From positions 35,033 through 99,032 of the forward strand of contig JAIBAM010000003.1 of assembly GCA_019695175.1 (NCBI GenBank): a stretch of DNA of 64,000 nt. The letters run 5' to 3'. This DNA comes from Bdellovibrionales bacterium. Its GTDB lineage: Bacteria > Bdellovibrionota > Bdellovibrionia > Bdellovibrionales > UBA1609. Positions 28,275 to 37,921 of the stretch are shown in pieces; positions within the stretch are counted from its first letter, which is position 1; each line of letters opens with the position of its first letter. The notes beneath the pieces are model-generated. The model worked only from the letters and a program-made list of their open reading frames with translations, was not told where the DNA came from and made no database searches. Position numbers and translations under genes: made by a program.

Positions 28275-28990
28275 AAAAAATAATTGTTTGCAAAAGAAAT
28301 TCAAAAAAATCATTCTATGAATTCATCTTCTTGTTTGCTCTTAGCGCGTGTGTTCCTACTTCGTCAAAAGCTCAAGATGGATCACCTCATAATGATTACT
28401 TAAATTTAACTAAACAATTCATGGGTTCTTACACCCTTGTTAAACACATTAGCTCTTCTAAAGACAGCAAGCCTAATCCCTGTTTATCTAAAATTAATTT
28501 AGAATTTCGGGATCTCGCACAGGAAATAGATTTTTCTCAAATTACTTATGGTTCTGAAAATACAAACTCAAATCTCCTCCCGTTTATTTTGACGGTCCCA
28601 AAAAATTTAACCTATGTGAAAACAAGTAACTATCCCGGAATTGGAATAAAAAGTGAAGACTCTGATTGTCTTTCAGAAAATAGAAACAATGTACCACCAT
28701 TATATAACTATACATTTTCGTGGATTTATAGTCAGCAACCCACAACAAATAACCCCAGTTCAATAACCAACATAGAAACTATACAAAATTGCAAAATTCC
28801 AAATAAGACTAAAATAACCAATCAAACCCTCACATTATCTTCTCTTCAAACCGATAATTCTCCAACCCTTAGATATTTTATTTTAGAAAATACTTCAGAA
28901 TGCAAAAAAAATTCCACTCCTTGTAATGACAATACGATGTCAGATGTCTGCTTGTACAAAAAAACTACAGAACTGAGGAAAAAAAAATGA
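28271..28990 (+). CDS. lipoprotein, Asn/Thr/Ser-rich, unknown function
   Basis: ATGA overlap with the upstream SLT gene. Lipobox FALSA|C. Confidence 0.5.
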   Translation: MKKIIVCKRNSKKSFYEFIFLFALSACVPTSSKAQDGSPHNDYLNLTKQFMGSYTLVKHISSSKDSKPNPCLSKINLEFRDLAQEIDFSQITYGSENTNSNLLPFILTVPKNLTYVKTSNYPGIGIKSEDSDCLSENRNNVPPLYNYTFSWIYSQQPTTNNPSSITNIETIQNCKIPNKTKITNQTLTLSSLQTDNSPTLRYFILENTSECKKNSTPCNDNTMSDVCLYKKTTELRKKK

Positions 28991-29403
28991 AAAAAAATAA
29001 AAATTATTGGTTTAAATTTTTTATGTTTACCACAACTGTCTGGCTCAATCTAAGTCCAAACATTGCCCACGGTGATTTGTTAAAAAAACCACCCTTAAGA
29101 GTAGATTTTAACAGTTTGATTGTGAATACTGGTCAAGAAAAGAAAAGTTTACACCAAAATATTAAGGCCAATATCAAAAAAAGCAATTCTGTAACGGACT
29201 CGCAAAAGATTGCCAACGAAGAGTTTTCACCAGAAACAGCAGATGTCTTCTTTGAAGAGACAGAAGCCGAACCCATTACTACCACTCCTCAAGCGGAAAT
29301 TTCCAATACAACTACCGCTCAACAACATGGAGTTCGCCAATATATGGATGGGGAGATTGGCTGGGGAAAAACTCCTAAAATGGTGGATCGCCGCTATGAT
29401 TGA
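28987..29403 (+). CDS. small secreted protein, unknown function
   Basis: ATGA overlap with the upstream gene. Signal-like segment YWFKFFMFTTTVWLNLSPNIAHG. Confidence 0.45.
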   Translation: MKKNKNYWFKFFMFTTTVWLNLSPNIAHGDLLKKPPLRVDFNSLIVNTGQEKKSLHQNIKANIKKSNSVTDSQKIANEEFSPETADVFFEETEAEPITTTPQAEISNTTTAQQHGVRQYMDGEIGWGKTPKMVDRRYD

Positions 29404-29440
29404 TGCATTGAACATTAGATAATTTCAAATCTGGACTTTT

Positions 29441-29470
29441 GTTCTGAATTGTTCTGAATTGTTCTGAATT
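29441..29470. repeat. 10-bp tandem repeat x3 (gttctgaatt)
   Basis: Direct reading: three perfect copies. Confidence 0.9.
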
Positions 29471-29651
29471 GAATCTCATAAAATATATCAAACAAATATC
29501 GTAAATAAAAAAAACATTGTCATATTCTCTACAGTTCAAATAAAAATATTTTTTATTTAAACTTCGTGAATTGTATTTGATTATTTCAAACCCCACCTTA
29601 GTCCATGGCAACCATTTTGCTTGAGCAAGGAATAGGGGGGTTCAAATCATC

Positions 29652-31283
29652 ATGGAATACAAGAGAGAATTCAAAAAATGTTCATTCAATCTCCACCGCC
29701 TTTTCGTTAAGTTTTTTTTGTTACTTGTTGGACTCATCTTAAGTCTGGGATGCAGTGATGTGCGTTTACAAAAAATAGCTCCGACTTTAGCCAATGTGGA
29801 AGGTAAAGGGCAGTTTTGTATTACGGAACCTCAAGAAGTGAAAAGAAAAACAAAGTTTTTATTCGTAGTTGATAAATCGGGAAGCAATAGCTCGACAGGA
29901 GATGGAACAGACCCCGGCGCGGAAAAAAGAGCTGGGAACATTGATAAATTCTTACGAGCCAATTTAAATTCCAGTAACCAAGAATATGGCCTTTTATGGT
30001 TTGCGGGCACCAAGGCAGGAGCATTTATTTATGGTCAAAATGAATCCGATCCCACTTTTACTCCCGATATTAGGGTCGCTCTACAGGCCGTTCAAGCACT
30101 TCGACAAGAAGATGCAGGTGAAACTCCTTATCGGGCAGCACTTAATTTAGCCCGCACCGCCATCTCCAATGACAAGAAAAAAAATACCGACGAAGAGTCC
30201 TTTTACATGGTGTTTTTTGTCTCTGATGGAGACCCCACCGATATACAAAACAACGAAGAATTAAAACAATTAGTCCAAGATGTTCTGTCAGTGGATAAAA
30301 AAAACATAGCTCTCTCCACTGGATTCTACGGCTCCGGAGACCAAAGTGCTCAGGAACGATTGCAATTAATGGCACAAGTTGGAAACGGCAAATTTATTAA
30401 CTTTGAACAAGGAGCGGAATGGAACTTTAATGACCTATTGGTAAAACCCACCTTTGAACCTTGGCAATTGAAAAACCAATTGATGGTTTACAATTTAAAT
30501 GCTGGATTTTGCGAAGATGGACGAATTGATGTGGATTCAGATATGGATGGAATGTGTGATGTGGACGAGCTGCGCTGGGGCTTTGATCCAAGCAATCGGT
30601 TTTCGCAACACGATGGATACGGGGATTATTTTCACTGGCGAGAAAAAAAATACCGCGAAACTTTACCCCCCTGCCTTGACCAAAGTGATGAGGACCATGA
30701 TTTTTTAACTGCTTGCGAAGAAGCCTATGTACGCAATGAACACCCCGTGGCTGGATTACCTAAATCCAGCAACCCCCTCAACCCCGATACGGATGGGGAT
30801 GGCATCATTGATGGCATCGAAGCTTTCGTCTATATGACCAATGGAATGGCTGTGGTTATTGACCCGTTCAATCTTCAATCTAATTTGGATGGAGAAGAGC
30901 CAGCTCGGAGACAAATTGAACAACACCGAAGCCCTCTGATCCGCGATCCCAATCAAACTGCCTATGATACAACGTTAACTCCCATCATAGGACAGCCCCT
31001 TGATTGTTATGACTATCGCCAAACAATTTTACCATTGTACAACACTCGCAAGGTTCCATTTGGATCGACCCTGGCAGGATTAGAGCATGAGGCCTATGAA
31101 AATGTTGTTTCTGTGCACTACATACAAACCCATCAAAGTGATCCCAATGGCAATGGACTCTTCCGTTACAGCTTACAAAAGCTAATAAATGACGAGCCCA
31201 CTCGCCTGCGCATTGGTTCTAACCTAGCACTGCAATTCAAAGACACTTCATTTAAAACTCTCAAGTTTAAATTTAATGAATAA
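29652..31283 (+). CDS. lipoprotein with von Willebrand factor A domain and thrombospondin type-3-like Ca-binding repeats
   Basis: Lipobox-like LILSLG|C. MIDAS motif FLFVVDKSGSNSS (DxSxS) and FFVSDGDPTD. DSDMDGMCDVDE and NPDTDGDGIIDGIE fit the DxDxDGxxDxxD/E pattern. Confidence 0.65.
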   Translation: MEYKREFKKCSFNLHRLFVKFFLLLVGLILSLGCSDVRLQKIAPTLANVEGKGQFCITEPQEVKRKTKFLFVVDKSGSNSSTGDGTDPGAEKRAGNIDKFLRANLNSSNQEYGLLWFAGTKAGAFIYGQNESDPTFTPDIRVALQAVQALRQEDAGETPYRAALNLARTAISNDKKKNTDEESFYMVFFVSDGDPTDIQNNEELKQLVQDVLSVDKKNIALSTGFYGSGDQSAQERLQLMAQVGNGKFINFEQGAEWNFNDLLVKPTFEPWQLKNQLMVYNLNAGFCEDGRIDVDSDMDGMCDVDELRWGFDPSNRFSQHDGYGDYFHWREKKYRETLPPCLDQSDEDHDFLTACEEAYVRNEHPVAGLPKSSNPLNPDTDGDGIIDGIEAFVYMTNGMAVVIDPFNLQSNLDGEEPARRQIEQHRSPLIRDPNQTAYDTTLTPIIGQPLDCYDYRQTILPLYNTRKVPFGSTLAGLEHEAYENVVSVHYIQTHQSDPNGNGLFRYSLQKLINDEPTRLRIGSNLALQFKDTSFKTLKFKFNE

Positions 31284-31323
31284 CTCAAAAGAAAGGACCC
31301 TTGTGATAAAAAATGGAAAGTTG

Positions 31324-31578
31324 ATGCGCAAATTTTTGTTTACTTTAGGTTTAATCCAAGCGCTACGTTTTGAATCCATCTCTGCCCAACAGAAAATGAA
31401 TTTGGACGATATCGCCATTAAAGGGGAACTTCACAACGATGGACGTTTGCGCACCTTAACCAGAGACAAATATGAAAATAAAAAATACTTTCGCTTGCGA
31501 AAAAATTACCGCCAGGAAATTTTACAATCTTCATTGTACGAGGATAATAAAAAGAAAATAACCCCTACCAACAACTAA
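31324..31578 (+). CDS. small secreted protein, unknown function
   Basis: Signal peptide MRKFLFTLGLIQALRFESISA (ATG 31324 within listed ORF 31276..31578). Confidence 0.4.
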   Translation: MRKFLFTLGLIQALRFESISAQQKMNLDDIAIKGELHNDGRLRTLTRDKYENKKYFRLRKNYRQEILQSSLYEDNKKKITPTNN

Positions 31579-31598
31579 AGAAGCAACGACTCAAAGAA

Positions 31599-32582
31599 CT
31601 AAAAATCTTCGTCCTCTCGAGCTGCAGGTTCTGACATTCCACGAACTTCGTCGATGAAATTTTCATTTTCATCTTCAAAATCACCTTCGTTTTGGGACTC
31701 ATCGATTTCCAACTCTTGAATGGCCGCTAAAAATTCTTTATCGCTGCGGAGATCTTTTCGAAGCATATCTAAAAATTTGTCAGGATACCGAGAAGTTAAC
31801 TCTTCAATGTAGCGTTCCAACTTACCTTCCGTTAGAATTTTTTTACGAATTTGAATCTTCTTCCAGAAAAGTAAATAGTGATATCGACAATACCCATCAA
31901 CGGTTGATAGTTGATCACAATCTCGAACACGACAGTAACGTCGGCCCTCGGCATCTGTTAAAACCACATCATCATTGGATAAACCAGTGTCTTCTTCCGC
32001 GGGTCCATCACTATATTCAATTTCTTCACTGGTGATCTCAACCTCAGTGATCGACTCAAACTCCATTTCAGAATCTAACTCTGGCAAAACATCGTCGGGA
32101 AGTTCTTCACTTTCACGAGTTTTATCAAGATTTACTTTTCCAGACTTTGAGGTGGCTTTTGTCTCGGGGGAAGTGACTTTGCTTCCGCTGGCCCCCACTT
32201 TAGAAGGAGCGGATTTACCTTTTTCTTTTTCTTTTTCTTTTTTTGAAACCAAATCTCCCACAGGTTTTTCAGTTGCCTTTGTTTTGACACCCTTCTCACC
32301 AACAACACCGGACCTTTTAGGCGCTTCAGAAATGGGAGTTTTTTTCTGATCTTTAACTTGTTTCTCTTTAGTGGCTGATGATTTGACTGCTTTTTTAAGC
32401 TTTATTGCCGGAGATTTCACTGCCGGTTTCGTCGCCGTAGCCACCTTACTCTTTGGAGATATTTTAACTTTGGTCTCTTTCTTCTTTGCAGAGACCCCCT
32501 GCTTAGCCACTTTGGCTTTCGATGCAGATTTCTTTTTGGGCGAAGCCACTGATTTTTTTACGGGTTTTTTATTTTTTGCCAT
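31599..32582 (-). CDS. Lys/Ala/Ser-rich histone-H1-like protein with acidic segment and C-terminal Cys/His cluster domain
   Basis: The N-terminal ~160 aa read AKNKKPVKKSVASPKKKSASKAKVAK... An acidic stretch ELPDDVLPELDSEMEFE follows. Then CRVRDCDQLSTVDGYCRYHY (C-x4-C-x9-C-x2-H) and an acidic tail. Confidence 0.5.
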   Translation of the reverse strand: MAKNKKPVKKSVASPKKKSASKAKVAKQGVSAKKKETKVKISPKSKVATATKPAVKSPAIKLKKAVKSSATKEKQVKDQKKTPISEAPKRSGVVGEKGVKTKATEKPVGDLVSKKEKEKEKGKSAPSKVGASGSKVTSPETKATSKSGKVNLDKTRESEELPDDVLPELDSEMEFESITEVEITSEEIEYSDGPAEEDTGLSNDDVVLTDAEGRRYCRVRDCDQLSTVDGYCRYHYLLFWKKIQIRKKILTEGKLERYIEELTSRYPDKFLDMLRKDLRSDKEFLAAIQELEIDESQNEGDFEDENENFIDEVRGMSEPAAREDEDF

Positions 32583-32675
32583 ATCCCAGCAAGGTCAGCT
32601 ATTTTGAAAAATTCGTCAAGAATTTTCCATCAACTCACCGAACAGAAGCTCAACTCTTTGAGAGTTTGTTCACCT

Positions 32676-33821
32676 TTACTTGATTCTCACTGAACCCGAT
32701 TGGGTTCGCACCACAACTGAACCCGCAACAGAGCCTTGCATCCGACCTTTTAGAATTTTTTGTCCCGCCACCACATCTTTTTGCAAGTATCCAGGGCCCA
32801 ACAGAAAACCGCTGACTGAGGCCAAGGACAGATAGGCCCCTGATTGGGGCAACTCCAAATTAATGGGACCTGTTTGTGAAGTTAATCTGACTTCATTGGC
32901 GTTAAAAATACGGCCCAACACAGCGCTCGCATCTGTGACCCCCCTCACATCGCCATTAAAATCTTCCAATTTGACTGGGCCCCTTTGCGAGTAAAACTCC
33001 AATCGACCCTTGCCTTTTTGCACCAGAGTGGACCCTTTGTAATTAAAGAGCTCAAAAGCTCCTTCGCACCGAAGCAACTGCAGCTCGCCCGAGAAATTTT
33101 CGCTGGTAATGTTCCCCTTTAGATCTTCCAAAATAATTTTGCGAGCAAAGGTCTCCACCTTTTGTCGCCCGGTTCGAGATTTTACTAAAATTTCTGTGTC
33201 TTGCCCAAACAACTGCAAATCACCTGCCCCGCCCTTAACTGCTATACTACCCTCTTGCAAAGTTATTTTTGCTGGCGCCGACCAATCCATTAATTCGACT
33301 TTACCCCTGCGCCAAACCATATCCAACGGCAGAGGAGGAGAAGAAATTTCCAAATGGAACTGGGGAGCCCCGCCGTTTTTTAAAATCTCAAGCCATAACT
33401 CTTTCGAATTTGGACTTTGCATGTAGAGTTCGATTCCACGATCTGTACGTTGAGCGGAAAAATTCCAATCTTCCAAAGTCTGACGTAAGATCGAGGAGGC
33501 GTGAGCGATGATTTCTTGACGAACCCTGAGCGTTAATTGTCCTGTGTTGCTGGATGTTACTTTAACCTGACCATCAAAACCACGAATGAAAATGTGATCA
33601 TTTTTTTTAACTTCAATGGCCACTGGTTTGTACTCAAAAATTCCATTTTGTGATTTTGTTTGTGATTTTGCCGCGGTGACCCCAGATGGGATCACCACCA
33701 TAACTAAAATTACTATTTTAAAAAAAATGAATATCCGAAAAATAATCAATATTCTAAAAATAAAAAAATAGAGGCCTTGAAGACCTTTGATCCAAACCAT
33801 TCTTAATGCCTCCCTGAACAT
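32676..33821 (-). CDS. secreted/membrane-anchored protein with repetitive beta-strand segments (DUF4097-adhesin-like, tentative)
   Basis: N-terminal hydrophobic anchor. Recurrent G(D/S)(V/L)x(L/V) strand motifs (GDLQLFG, GELQLLR, GDVRGV, GSVRIK). Confidence 0.35.
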   Translation of the reverse strand: MFREALRMVWIKGLQGLYFFIFRILIIFRIFIFFKIVILVMVVIPSGVTAAKSQTKSQNGIFEYKPVAIEVKKNDHIFIRGFDGQVKVTSSNTGQLTLRVRQEIIAHASSILRQTLEDWNFSAQRTDRGIELYMQSPNSKELWLEILKNGGAPQFHLEISSPPLPLDMVWRRGKVELMDWSAPAKITLQEGSIAVKGGAGDLQLFGQDTEILVKSRTGRQKVETFARKIILEDLKGNITSENFSGELQLLRCEGAFELFNYKGSTLVQKGKGRLEFYSQRGPVKLEDFNGDVRGVTDASAVLGRIFNANEVRLTSQTGPINLELPQSGAYLSLASVSGFLLGPGYLQKDVVAGQKILKGRMQGSVAGSVVVRTQSGSVRIK

Positions 33822-34024
33822 CTGTTCCTACAATTAAGAATTAAGCCATAATAAAACCATAACCCTTGCAAGCCCTGTTTTACAATCATATACTCGGACC
33901 CCATAAAGTCATTGTGTCGGATCGAAAGCGCTGTGTCAGCTCCCGCTTCGACCCGACTCATTCCGACTCAAATCATAACGAATAATTTCTCTAGGGAGTT
34001 TACCCACGTAAGGAGGGCGCACCA

Positions 34025-35248
34025 ATGGTCCATGATAAAAACCAACCCACTACTCACTCAGGAAATCACTCAGGAAAAAACGTTTGGATCGTTGGAGCAA
34101 AACGGACTCCGGTAGGGTCTTTTCAAGGTGAACTCAGTTCCCTTCCAGCTCCCCGATTGGGTGCCATAGCTATTCAGGCAGCCCTGACCCAATCGGGTCT
34201 TAAAGCGGAACAAATTGAAGAATGCATCATGGGACAAGTATTAACTGCGGGTGCGGGCCAAGCTCCGGCTCGACAAGCAGCGATTTACGCCGGACTTACT
34301 TCAAGCACGCCCTGCACCACAATAAATAAAGTTTGTGGATCTGGACTAAAGGCGGTGATGCTGGCAACAGACAGCATTCAATTAGGTCACGCGGAAACTG
34401 CCATTGCAGGTGGTCAGGAGAACATGTCGCTAGCCCCCCATTTGTTAGAAAACTCCCGTTCCGGCTATAAAATGGGCTCTATTCAAGCCACAGACTCAAT
34501 GATTAAGGATGGGCTTTGGGACCCTTATCAAAACTGGCACATGGGTCAAGCCGCTGAAGTTTGTGTGCGGGAATTTCAAGTAAGCCGTCAAGCTCAAGAT
34601 GAATTTGCAAAAAACAGTTATTTAAAAGCACAAAAAGCCCAAAGCGAAGGTTACTTCACGGACGAAATTGTACCCGTTGAAATCCACAACAAAAACCAAA
34701 AAACCAGAGTGGAAAAAGATGAAGAGCCTTTTCGAGCCCGCTTTGATAAAATGCTTGAATTAAAGCCCGCCTTTGAAAAAGAAGGCACCATCACCGCCGC
34801 CAACGCCAGTAAAATTAATGACGGAGCCGCAGCCGTTGTCCTAGCTAGTGATCAAGCCGTCAAAAAATATGAGCTTACCTGTCTGGCCCGTATTGTCTCC
34901 CACGCCACCTACGCCCAAGATCCTAAATGGTTCACCACCGCACCCGTGGAAGCCATTCGCCGAACGCTAGCGAAGGCACACCTAAATATAAATGAAATTG
35001 ATTTATTTGAAATCAATGAAGCCTTTAGTGTCGTTACCATGGCAGCAATGAAAGAGCTGAATATTCCTGCAACAAAAGTCAACGTCCATGGTGGCGCCGT
35101 AGCCATTGGCCACCCCATCGGAGCCAGCGGGGCCCGCATTTTAACCTCCCTTGTTTATGCCTTAAAACGCCATCAAAAACGTTATGGTCTGGCCACTTTG
35201 TGCATTGGCGGCGGTGAAGCCGTGGCTCTTATTGTGGAAAGAAAGTAA
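34025..35248 (+). CDS. atoB: acetyl-CoA C-acetyltransferase (thiolase II)
   Basis: [25 protein letters not shown] (active Cys), [35 protein letters not shown]. Confidence 0.92.
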   Translation: MVHDKNQPTTHSGNHSGKNVWIVGAKRTPVGSFQGELSSLPAPRLGAIAIQAALTQSGLKAEQIEECIMGQVLTAGAGQAPARQAAIYAGLTSSTPCTTINKVCGSGLKAVMLATDSIQLGHAETAIAGGQENMSLAPHLLENSRSGYKMGSIQATDSMIKDGLWDPYQNWHMGQAAEVCVREFQVSRQAQDEFAKNSYLKAQKAQSEGYFTDEIVPVEIHNKNQKTRVEKDEEPFRARFDKMLELKPAFEKEGTITAANASKINDGAAAVVLASDQAVKKYELTCLARIVSHATYAQDPKWFTTAPVEAIRRTLAKAHLNINEIDLFEINEAFSVVTMAAMKELNIPATKVNVHGGAVAIGHPIGASGARILTSLVYALKRHQKRYGLATLCIGGGEAVALIVERK

Positions 35249-35253
35249 ACCCC

Positions 35254-35991
35254 ATGGAAAATCATACCGACAAAATAGTCTCTTCAGCCCAAGACAGTAA
35301 ATATAAAGTATTTAACAGCGCGACGGAAGCTCTTCAGGGCGTTGCCAGCGGCATGACGCTCCTTTTTGGGGGGTTTGGTTTGTGTGGCATTCCTGAAAAC
35401 TGTATTGAGGCCCTCAGTAAAACGAAATTAAAAGACCTCACTTGCGTTTCCAATAATGCGGGCGTGGATGGTTTTGGATTGGGTCTGCTTATGGAAAGAC
35501 AACAAATAAAAAAAATGATTTCTAGCTACGTCGGAGAAAACGAACTTTTTGAAAAACTCTTTCTTAGTGGTCAACTGGAAGTGGAAATGAATCCACAAGG
35601 AACTTTAGCTGAAAGAATTCGTGCGGGAGGCGCTGGGATTCCTGCTTTTTTTACTCCGACGGGAGTGGGAACCGTGGTTGCGGAAGGAAAAGAAGTTAGA
35701 GAAATAGAGGGTCGAAAGTATGTCCTTGAAAAATGGATTCGAGGCGACTTTGCCTTTGTAAAAGCTTGGAAGGGTGATTACTTTGGAAATCTCATTTTCC
35801 GCAAATCCGCACGCAACTTTAATCCACTGGTAGCCACCGCAGGAAAAATCACTGTGGCGGAAGTGGAACAACTTGTCCCACTAGGAGAATTGGATCCAGA
35901 TGAAGTCCACACTCCCGGAGTTTTTGTGCAACGAATCTTTCAAGGAAAAAATTATCAAAAACGCATCGAAAATCTTACCACGCGAACTTAG
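35254..35991 (+). CDS. scoA: 3-oxoacid CoA-transferase subunit A
   Basis: [56 protein letters not shown]. Confidence 0.9.
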   Translation: MENHTDKIVSSAQDSKYKVFNSATEALQGVASGMTLLFGGFGLCGIPENCIEALSKTKLKDLTCVSNNAGVDGFGLGLLMERQQIKKMISSYVGENELFEKLFLSGQLEVEMNPQGTLAERIRAGGAGIPAFFTPTGVGTVVAEGKEVREIEGRKYVLEKWIRGDFAFVKAWKGDYFGNLIFRKSARNFNPLVATAGKITVAEVEQLVPLGELDPDEVHTPGVFVQRIFQGKNYQKRIENLTTRT

Positions 35992-36015
35992 ATCCGGTTC
36001 GAAGAGGACAAACTT

Positions 36016-36675
36016 ATGAAAATTCTCACTCGAGATCAAATATGTGCCCGTGCTGCTCAGGAAATAAAAGCAGGATTTGTGGTAAATCTTGGCATTGGAA
36101 TCCCCACCCTCGTTGCCAATCACATTCCTTCTCATTTAAACATTATGTTGCACAGTGAAAATGGAGTCATGGGTGTGGGTCCGTTTCCCCTTGAAGAAGA
36201 GGTGGATCCTGATTTGATTAACGCAGGTAAACAAACTATCTCCACACTACCTGGGGCTAGTTTTTTTAACTCCAGTGACAGTTTCGCCATGATCCGTGGG
36301 GGTCATATTGATTTGACTATTTTAGGTTCCATGCAAGTGGATGAAACAGGATCACTCGCCAATTGGATGGTTCCCGGAAAACTCGTTAAAGGTATGGGAG
36401 GTGCCATGGATTTAGTTTCAGGTGCTAAACGAGTGGTATTAACGATGCAGCATTTGGACAAAAATGGTTCAAAAAAACTTCTTAGAAAATGCACTTTACC
36501 CCTTACCGGATCCCACTGCGTTCATCGCATCATCACAGATATGGCGGTCATTGATATCACTCAAAAAGGATTTTTACTTAAAGAAGTGGCCCCAGGTTTA
36601 ACCCCAGAAATCATCGCCAACAACACTGAGGCTCCTTTGCAGTTTGATCCGGATATCACCGAGATGAAACTCTAG
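36016..36675 (+). CDS. scoB: 3-oxoacid CoA-transferase subunit B
   Basis: VNLGIGIPTLVAN..LHSENGVMG (catalytic Glu in SENG)..GGAMDLVSGAKRV. Confidence 0.9.
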   Translation: MKILTRDQICARAAQEIKAGFVVNLGIGIPTLVANHIPSHLNIMLHSENGVMGVGPFPLEEEVDPDLINAGKQTISTLPGASFFNSSDSFAMIRGGHIDLTILGSMQVDETGSLANWMVPGKLVKGMGGAMDLVSGAKRVVLTMQHLDKNGSKKLLRKCTLPLTGSHCVHRIITDMAVIDITQKGFLLKEVAPGLTPEIIANNTEAPLQFDPDITEMKL

Positions 36676-36834
36676 TATTTAGTCCAGAGGTCTTTTCCAA
36701 AGACCCTATCCATAGCTATAAAAAATTTGACAAAAACCCACATTAAAGATGAACTAGGATTGAAGCCCTAAACATTCACTGTTTAAAGGTCAAGTAAAGA
36801 ACACCCAACCTACTTTTTCCACCAAGGAATACTC

Positions 36835-37830
36835 TTGTCAGCTAGTGGAGTTAAAAAACTTGGCAAAGGTGAAATCCTCTTTCGTGAAGGTGACTCCTCC
36901 GATGCCATGTACGTCATCAAAGGTGGGCGCATTGCCATTACAAAAACAAAGGGTTCAGGAGAAATTGTTTTAGCCGAATTAAAACCTGGCGAGATGCTTG
37001 GAGAAATGGCTTTCTTCGACAACAAACCCCGTTCCGCTGGAGCTAAAGCTCTGCAAGAAGCCGAAGTCATAGCTCTCCCGTTTAGTGCTCTACATGCCCA
37101 GTTTAAAACTTTCCCTGAGTGGCTTAAAGCCATGGTCAAAACAGTGAATTCACATTTACGTGATGCCAATCAAAGAATCAAAAACTTAGAAGCCGCACAA
37201 TCGGAATCAGAAGAAATGTTCCCACCCCATTTAATCACCCGACTGGTTGCTATCATTTCTCTTATTGGTTTTAAGTCTGGTGAAAAAACTGAAGAGGGTC
37301 TTGTCATTCCATTTCATCTCTTACGAAATTACTGCATTCAAATTTTTCAACAGCCAACAAATAAACTTGATAAACTCATGGAAGTTCTACAGGCTCTAAA
37401 GTTAATGAAAATCGAGGATTTGGGAGAGGGAAAGAAAAAAATCACCCTGCTCAATCACAAAGTCATGACCGAATTCGTTGATTGGTATAATAAATATTTA
37501 TTTACAGAAGAAGGCAAGCGTATCACCATCGAAGAAAAAGAACTTCCCGTACTAAGAGCTCTTCTTTTTTATGGCAAAAAGCAGTCTGCCAATGACAAAG
37601 GAAAAGTGGTTGTGAGCCTGACAGAAATGCAAAATAATTCCATGCGTGACTTGGGATATTTATTCAGTGTTAATGACGCTGATTCTTTGGCTGAAAAAAA
37701 AGTGGTGGACGAAAAACAATCCGGACAGGGCGGTGTCCTTTCCACCAGTTTTAAAATGGAAGAGTTGGAAAGCACCCTTCCATTTTGGGAAATTATTTAC
37801 ACTCTAAAAAAAATCCCCGGTCGCCGCTAA
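36835..37830 (+). CDS. cyclic-nucleotide-binding domain protein with uncharacterised C-terminal domain
   Basis: ILFREGDSSDAMYVIKGGRIAI..GEMLGEMAFFDNKPRSAGAKAL is a cNMP-binding signature. No Crp-type HTH is recognisable in the C-terminal ~190 aa. TTG start as listed. Confidence 0.7.
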   Translation: MSASGVKKLGKGEILFREGDSSDAMYVIKGGRIAITKTKGSGEIVLAELKPGEMLGEMAFFDNKPRSAGAKALQEAEVIALPFSALHAQFKTFPEWLKAMVKTVNSHLRDANQRIKNLEAAQSESEEMFPPHLITRLVAIISLIGFKSGEKTEEGLVIPFHLLRNYCIQIFQQPTNKLDKLMEVLQALKLMKIEDLGEGKKKITLLNHKVMTEFVDWYNKYLFTEEGKRITIEEKELPVLRALLFYGKKQSANDKGKVVVSLTEMQNNSMRDLGYLFSVNDADSLAEKKVVDEKQSGQGGVLSTSFKMEELESTLPFWEIIYTLKKIPGRR

Positions 37831-37921
37831 CGATTCTCTCGTTTGAAGTTGCAGGAGATTTTTTGCTCCTAAACCGCTGATCCTTACTTAAATTCCCGAC
37901 CCATACTTGAACTTCCGACCC

